The position numbers and the translations under genes are program-made. From Eledone cirrhosa (taxonomy: Eukaryota), in assembly GCA_964016885.1 (NCBI GenBank), contig OZ024740.1:139996001-140060000 (forward strand): DNA of 64,000 nt, read 5' to 3'. Positions 56,061-64,000 of the stretch are shown here, one piece after another. The notes under the pieces are model-generated. The model did not search any database, was not told the DNA's origin, and was given only the letters and a program-made list of their open reading frames with translations. Positions within the stretch are counted from its first letter, which is position 1. The number at the start of each line of letters is the position of its first letter.

Positions 56061-56604
56061 TAAATAGGGATGCACAAATGAAATCGTATTTCTTGTTTAT
56101 TATTATATATATAAATAATATATCACCATGAAAGAAAATACTAGAGAACAACATAATAATGGTATATTAGTGTAACGCTTCTAGGCTAGAAAAGGGTCTT
56201 AACGTTAAGGGTACTAGTCTTCATCGGGAGATAGATACAGAGAGAAGAGATGATGTTTGGTAGAAAACTAAAAGTAAGACAGAGCAGAGGAAAAAAAGAA
56301 AGATAAGAAAACCTGTGTTGTAGATGTTTCGCCATATATATGCAAATAAAACAAATATTTTAATTTATTTCCATTTGCTTCGCTTTAGCTTCATACTTAC
56401 AGTATTATAAATATTTAAATCTACGAAAAAGCTTGTTTACATTTTAATAAAAGAAAACGTGCGGCAGATATAAGAAATATAAGAGAGTTTGCTAAATATT
56501 AAGCGGCCATTTTTTATAAACTTTGTTTTCGGCACGCTTTGGTTTCAATGAATGTAAACGAATTTCAACTCTAGATTAAATCATGAATACACAGGTACAC
56601 ACAA

Positions 56605-56678
<74 letters not shown>

Positions 56679-56967
56679 GGATACTGTTTATGGTTATGTA
56701 TATACTAAAACTTTTTATAGTTATGTATATTTTAAACCCTAAACAGTGAAGGTCAGTAATTTATTACTACCTTATTACCAGTAAGATAAATAGCTCAATG
56801 TAATAACATCAGTTGTTCTACAGAGCAGTTATATAGAATTCACAAGAATCAAAGCTATGTTCAAAGCATTTATTCACTCACAATTGTTTCATCCAAACCT
56901 AGGCTTGGAATCTTCGGAGCATTTTTCAATGTTTGTACACATAATTGACCTCCTTTCCAACGCATAT

Positions 56968-58629
56968 AGTAATAATAATAAATTTGAAGACTAAAATCCA
57001 AAGAGGGCTCGATAAATATAAATATATATCAAATATATAAGAACCTTAGAGCAAATATTTATTAAAATAACAGATTAAAGTTTAAGCAAAGAATCGCTGC
57101 TTTCACCCTTAACGGGATCTTCTGAAACTAACAAAGTCAATCTGTAAACGCAGAACTGGATATTTCAAAAAACGTTGCAACCGGAGGAAGACAAGAAGAC
57201 GATACTTTGGTTCGTGGAAACGTTCGCTGGCAAAGAACGGGAAAAAACGAATATAATACGTCATTAATAGGAGCGGTGAAAAACAACTACAAATGTAAGG
57301 TTGTAACACCCACGTCCCGTAGGGCCTACATAGGGTTAACCGCCAATAGTTTCAAGCAGCGTCTTTACATGCATACCCATTCTTTTCGTTACCCTCTTAG
57401 AAGGAATATGACGTCACTTTCAGCTTATATCTGGAGTCTAAAAGACAACCACACCCAATATAAGTTACACTGGGAGTTCCTAGCTAGGGCTAGATCGTAT
57501 AACGGAAATAAAAGACCATGTGACCTCTGCGCCGCTGAGGCCCTGGAAATACTCTACGCCACAGACCACATCTTAAACAAAATATTTCGGCTTGTAAACA
57601 TAAATTGCACAAAACTTTCCTGTATTACAGCCCCACGTTATACCCTAACGGATAGTACGATCTATACGTGGATATTTTACGTCTTGATGTGGGAGCTAAG
57701 TATATGTTTTGTTTATACCTTTACTTATTTGCATAGGTAAGTATATATTACCCGTATGTTTTGTGAAGGTACGTATACCTTCTCGTACGTATATTTGATT
57801 GTTATGGCGTATAATTTTATATATTCTGGTACATATGGTTTGGCTATGTGTATACGGGAGTTTTGCGGCTGTGTGAGTATGCAGGTTCGTACGTATGGTG
57901 GGTGTGTGTATATGTGTACTTCATGTTTTGGTTGACTTACGTTTCCGAACATTCGTGTGTTTTATGAAGGTATGTGTGTGCGCTTGTTATATACGTATTT
58001 ATTTATTTATATACGTTTATATAATTATTTATTTATTTGTATACACGCATACACACACACACATATTTATATGTGCGGGGTTTTGTATACCTATGGTATG
58101 TTTTTGCGTATGCTCGTGTATGTACGTATTTGTTTGCGTGTATGTATTTATTTATTTCTATTACTTCTGTATTGTATTTATTTACTTTGTTCTTAACTCT
58201 GTAGCGGTGATTCATTTGGTCTCCTTCTTAGAATTTTAGTCTACGACTTCTGCTATACCATTTACGTGGTTTTGTCTTTGCGTGCTATTGTTCTCCACGA
58301 TCCACATATGACGTATTATCTTCGTTTTTTCGTTCATTGCCAGAGAACGTCTCTATGCACCATGTAAGAGAACATTAGTCTACGACCTCTTTTATACCAT
58401 AAACGTGGTTCTGTCTTTGTTTTTCACCACTCCTATTAATGACGTATTATCGTTTTTTCCCGTTCTTTGCCAGCGAACGTTACCACGAACCAAAGTTTCG
58501 TCTTCCTGTCTTCCTCCGGTTGCAACGTTTTTTGAAATATCCAGTTCTGCGTTTACAGATTGACTTTGTTAGTTTCAGAAGATCCCGTTAAGGGTGAAAG
58601 CAGCGATTCTTTGCTTAAACTTTAATCTG

Positions 58630-58637
<8 letters not shown>
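56968..58637 (+). mobile_element. Second, shorter copy of the Naiad-type PLE: inverted pLTR (56968-57290), GIY-YIG remnant (57287-57655), 3' UTR and pLTR
   Basis: Near-identical to 12071-13545; ORF remnant YKCKVVTPTSRRAYIGLT. Confidence 0.9.
58555..58630 (+). ncRNA. Variant-core (CAGAAGA) hammerhead in the 3' pLTR; inverted twin at 57070-57145 (-)
   Basis: Same fold as 12173-12248. Confidence 0.62.
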
Positions 58638-58705
<68 letters not shown>

Positions 58706-59002
58706 CATATATAAACACACAGGCATATACACAAATCGACATATGTACACGTGCAATTACGCATACACATATACACATACACACATATATATCCTAGAAA
58801 CGATCGTAAAATGATGAATTTTTTAATATAAGGAACTGTTTCTTTGTTTGTATTCATTGTTTTTATTAATTTATCTTGACTCTGTTTTCCTGTGATTTTC
58901 ATCGAAAAAACTTTTGAATACATCTTCTCTTTTCATGACATTTGGATTACATTGAATTCTTCATACGGATTGGACACTACCGTATATTTTGGTAGATTTA
59001 TC

Positions 59003-59147
<145 letters not shown>

Positions 59148-59669
59148 CTCATCACTGCATTTTTTGTGAGAATCTATTGTATATTCCCATTGTGTATAAT
59201 AGATTATATACATAATATATTATGATAAAATATAAACAACTGCAGATTTTGTTTATGACAATAAAATCATAATTCAGATTATGATGGCTGATTTCATTTG
59301 AACATGATGATGGTTGACTGAATATGGTCACAGTTACACTTTCGTTAACGTTTTATTCCATGTGCACCAGAATTATCAAATAAACTTAATGATAATCAGC
59401 GAATGAAATAAGCAGTGGAACTTTTTTTAATCTGCAAACTTTCTTGACACTATCAAAAATCAATTTCTGTGGCCAAAGCTTGTTCGATTTGCCAAATCAA
59501 TAGGCAAGGTTTTAGAAATGGAAAACTTTGAAAGTTTCGATGTTTTGAGTCTGTTTGATCATTCGGCGTGGATAAATAAAGTACCAGTTTAGTACTGGGG
59601 TTCGATTCTCAACTCTTCTTCCAATCTCTCTCCCTCTATCTAACTCCCTCTTTCTCTCTCTATCTCTCC

Positions 59670-59714
<45 letters not shown>

Positions 59715-59715
59715 C

Positions 59716-59794
<79 letters not shown>

Positions 59795-60030
59795 TCTCCC
59801 TCTCTTTCTCTGTTATGGGATCAGCGAGAAATAAGATATTTCTGCTGATGCTACTATATCTGGAAATTTATTATAAATTCAGTAATCCTTTGCTGTGTGT
59901 TTAAGGTGTTCATTTCAGAACCACGTAGTTTTGTCGCGAATGTCTTCTACTATAGCCTTCAGTTGAAAAATGCACTGTGAGTGTAATTTGGTAGATGGAA
60001 ACTGAAGACACCCGTCGTATGTATATACAT

Positions 60031-60130
<100 letters not shown>

Positions 60131-60560
60131 TAATTCGAGTATGTGTTGGTTAATCACTTCATTATATAAGGTAGGGCACTCGACGAAGTACGTAGGCGGG
60201 TCTATTTACTCCGGAGTATATTTATAAACATGAAGTCCAAGTCAACAGGTTAAAATTAAATTTGTTTATTCATAGTCGCTATAATATGTATTTCGGTGAT
60301 AACCATTACGCAACAGCTATGACCTCATCAGACAACTGGGATTTAAATAGAAAAAACAAAGCCTACTTCTGTTGTTTCGATTCATTGATATGCTCCGGGA
60401 TGATATTTGGTGTTGTTTTTTTTTACCGATCTTTGAAGACAATCAAAAACGTGTTATTTAAACAAATAAAATGTAATCTTTTGGCTTGCTAAGATAGAAC
60501 GATTGTTATTAATATTATTGTTACTTGAAGGAAATCATTAATATTATTTCTAGAACATCT

Positions 60561-61140
60561 AGGGCGGTGAATTAGCAGTATCGGTCGCGGGTCGGATGCC
60601 ATGCTTTCCAGCATAGTTACGTCCCTTTACGGTCTGAGTTCAAATCCCGTCGAGGTTAACTTAGGGTCGATAAAATAAAGTACCAGTAATGTACTGAATA
60701 ATTGCTGGCCTTATGCCAAATGTAGAAACAATTATTTCTAGAACACCGAAGGAGGGTGGTGAATTGGCAAAATCGGTAGAGCTTCAGACTAAATCCTTTG
60801 TGGCATTTCTTCAGGCTCTTAACCTTCCCCCCAAAATTGTTCGTCTTGTGTCAAATTAGAAATCATTGTTAGAGCGCCGGGTAAAATGCCACGGGATATT
60901 TGATTCGGATCTCTACCTTCTGCGTTCAAATCCCACCAAAATCAACTTTGCCTTTCATTCTTTCCAGTTGACAAAATAAAGTACTTGCCAAGTACTGGGA
61001 TTGATCGACTTGAAATTCTCGTTTCCTCAAACATTTCTAGCCCTGTACCTAAATTAGAAGCTATCATTATAAAAGAATATCGTATTTTCCTTTCCCTAAA
61101 AATTCTTGACCTTGTACTTAATTTAAAAGCCATTATTAAT
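60561..61140 (+). mobile_element. Cluster of SINE family A copies (young copy 60561-60730 plus older fragments)
   Basis: 15-bp flanking duplication attatttctagaaca (60543-60557, 60731-60745). Confidence 0.8.
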
Positions 61141-61177
61141 ATTATTATGTGTCTTAAACAATAAAGGAAAACTTTCA

Positions 61178-61657
61178 CTATTTTGAGCGGTTCATGCCCA
61201 GCTCACTTGCGATCAGTCGAACAGTCATCCAACGATTGACGCACGGTACCAGCCTCACGCGCTCAACTTTGGTGCCAGTCCCGCACGTCGAAGGCCCTCC
61301 ACTCTTGGGATCGTCTTTGAACTTTTTTTTGCTACTCAAAAACCCATGAGCATGACATCGTCTCATCACCGTACATTTGCTGCAGTATTCTGAGTACTTC
61401 TGACGGAGTTTTCCTTAACCGGACGAGAACCTTCAGGCTGGTTCGCTAATCTGTGCCCATCGCTCGACGACCAAAAATTGAGGAGCTGTTTACAAAAGCA
61501 CGTGAAAAAGGCATACAATGGCGGCTGCAGAGAGCTGAGATTGTAGTTATATACTCTCCGGATATTACGTTACACGATGACACGACCCGCTAATAACCCT
61601 AACCCACTTATAGCTCATACAACACACTAAGTCCTGTTATTTATCTGACATACCTCG
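61178..61657 (-). mobile_element. Mariner/Tc1 DNA transposon 5' remnant (TIR plus transposase N-terminus)
   Basis: TA|CGAGGTATGTCAG end; translation ...LQQMYGDETM...FKDDPKSGGPST...VERVR...TVRLIASELG (mariner HTH region). Confidence 0.75.
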
Positions 61658-61688
<31 letters not shown>

Positions 61689-62273
61689 TTCCAGAAATAA
61701 GGTCATAGTTCATATTGTAATTCGAATGTATCGAGCTTTCTGTCCTCTTTGAGAAGAAACAAAAGTTATTACTTGAATATTATTAACACGTTTATATAAT
61801 AGTATTCTGAAGGGCGGTTTGTACATAGAGATTTTCGTTTCGAAAATATCTATGAGTTTCTATGGGTGTCTTAAAATTTCAGACAATTTCGGATGTTTGA
61901 TTCATATATGTTTGAATCAAATATACGAAAACTGACGTACGTGATGTCAATGTCCATAAATATTATTACTTATCCGTTTATTTGGTGGTATGATCTGTTC
62001 GTTTCATAGGGAATAAAAATAGATAGGAGCAGGTCAAGACCCCCAAAAAATAATACCTAAAGAGCTACCTTTGTGCTTATCTCTGTAAAATATTGCAATT
62101 GATAGGGTTTGAGATATTTCTCGAAAGTGCCGTGAAATATTAATGGGTCTTTCATTGGCTCTCCAGTCTCCAGACCGATGCAACAACTGAACTCCCCTCT
62201 TATTCACTCTATATATGAGATATATTTGCGTGAGTGAGTGTGTGTATCTGGAGGAATTTATAAATAAAACTAA

Positions 62274-62394
<121 letters not shown>

Positions 62395-62927
62395 ATGGAG
62401 CGGGGCCGAATGATTAAGAAGTTTGCTCCTTGTCATTTTCTATAGCCTCGGGTCAACCAGTACTTTGTGAGTGAAATTATTTATTTATTTATTCAATTTA
62501 AACGTCCGTATAGAGTTAGTAAGCCATGACAGACTAGGGGAGGTATCTAGTACTCCTTATAGTTGGTAATCAAAAATAATTAGTGAGAAAAGGTTACTCA
62601 AAGATTTTGTTTATATTTGGTAGACCTGCAATCATATATTGAACTTCCAATATTGGTAGTTTTTTTACAGATTGGTTTCAATATGGCCTCTCAGACTGAT
62701 AGTTTCTACATTAAAATACAGAAATTGTTTGAAAGGATTTTAATTCAAAGAGCCAGTCATGTCACACACCGGATCACACTGAATCTTTTTGAGAATGACG
62801 CTATGTTTACTCGTGTCTGTGGAATGCTCAATCACTAGCGCATTAATTTCCTGACGCTGTTCCGTTGTTTGAACAACTCAATACTCATCATCGAAACCGA
62901 CGGAGGTGCATTCCATTTTACCATATA

Positions 62928-63829
62928 CTAGCAGTGGTACCCGGCGTTGCACGGGATAAGGCATTTTGGAACGCGGGCCGCCAACAGACCTAATCGTGGA
63001 AAAACTGCATGCCTGGACAATATGTAAAGAAAATAAACCGAATACTCTGATGGCTGGATAATCTTTAAAATTTTCATCGATGAAGCAGGAAAATTGCAGG
63101 TTTTCACCTAATGCGGGCCCTAGGGGATCAAGAAAATAATTTTTTTTTATATGCATAATATACCTTGAAATTTCGGGAAAATCGGCTAGACGTAACGCCT
63201 CAAAAAAGCCCTAAAAGACTGAAAAAATGAAGTTTTTCACCTACCTCGGACCCTAGGCCATGAAAAAGTTGGATTTTCTTTGCTTACGGTATGAAGAAGA
63301 AACTGACTAATACATAGTTACAATTTCAAGGAAATCCGTCTGACGTAACGCCTGAAAAAAAACCCTAAAAAGCTGGAAAAAACGCAGTTTTTCACCTAAT
63401 GCGGGCCCTAGGAGATCAAAAAGTTGAATTTGATGTGCATAACACTCCATGAAACATAAGTAATACACATGTAAAGTATGAAGAAAATCAGTTGGGTACT
63501 TCTCGAGTTTTAGGGATTCAAACTCACAGACACACACACACACAGACATCCTCAGGGAAGTGACGTAATGCAGACAACCAAACATACACATACAAATATT
63601 ATAAGGGCACGACGTTATATGTATGTATCTAACTAAAAAGAGAAAGACTAAAAATTATAGAGAGAGATCGCTAAATCGCCTAATGCGGCTCCTAGGGCCA
63701 TGAAAATTTGAAATTATTTTTGCTCAGAACACTCCCTGTGTAAAGTTTGAAAACAGTCGGTTGGGTGGTTCTCGAGCTTTAGGGATTCACACACACACAG
63801 ACAGACATCCTCAGTTTTATATATATAGA
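62928..63829 (-). mobile_element. Non-autonomous Helitron with internal repeats
   Basis: - strand A|TCTATATATATAAAA 5' end; 3' hairpin CCCGTGCAACGCCGGG followed by CTAG|T; no TSD. Confidence 0.85.
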
Positions 63830-64000
63830 TGTGGTAGTCTTTCGATTTTTTCTTTGTTTTAGTATTAGTAGAAAAGTGTATGTGATCACATTTTAAACTA
63901 TGAATTAATGTGTTTTGCGTGCGCTATACGTGTATATTAAAAAATCCTGTTTTTTGTTGTTATTTTTCAACTGATCTCAGTTAAAATGGTAATTTAACTG

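Noticed and set aside
57655-58500. SECIS element or selenoprotein in the Naiad-type PLE
   Set aside because: No in-frame TGA in the 600-aa ORF, and the ATGA motifs in the 3' UTR lack a recognisable apical AA loop and GA quartet; the missing N-terminus cannot be assessed

Overview
Repeat-dominated eukaryotic non-coding DNA with no convincing host exon. It is rich in (TA)n, (CA)n, (TACA)n, (GATA)n and (ATT)n microsatellites; the SINE and microsatellite makeup suggests a cephalopod (Octopus-like), which is an inference. Identifiable elements are three large Tx1-clade LINE copies plus a fragment, two copies of a Naiad-type Penelope-like element (PLE) with inverted pseudo-LTRs, a second PLE GIY-YIG fragment, two R4/Dong-type RLE retroelement fragments, RTE, CR1 and CRE fragments, non-autonomous Helitrons (one head-to-tail dimer), a mariner remnant, a hAT-type MITE, many tRNA-type SINEs and several fold-back palindromes. 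Two observations stand out. (1) Many hand-folded type I hammerhead ribozymes are present, including a non-canonical CAGAAGA core kept in four PLE pLTRs and a palindromic twin hammerhead. (2) A SINE shares a 3' stem-loop and an ATT target preference with Tx1 LINEs that sit in microsatellites, suggesting a Tx1-SINE partnership. All structures were read by eye; none was computed or database-checked.
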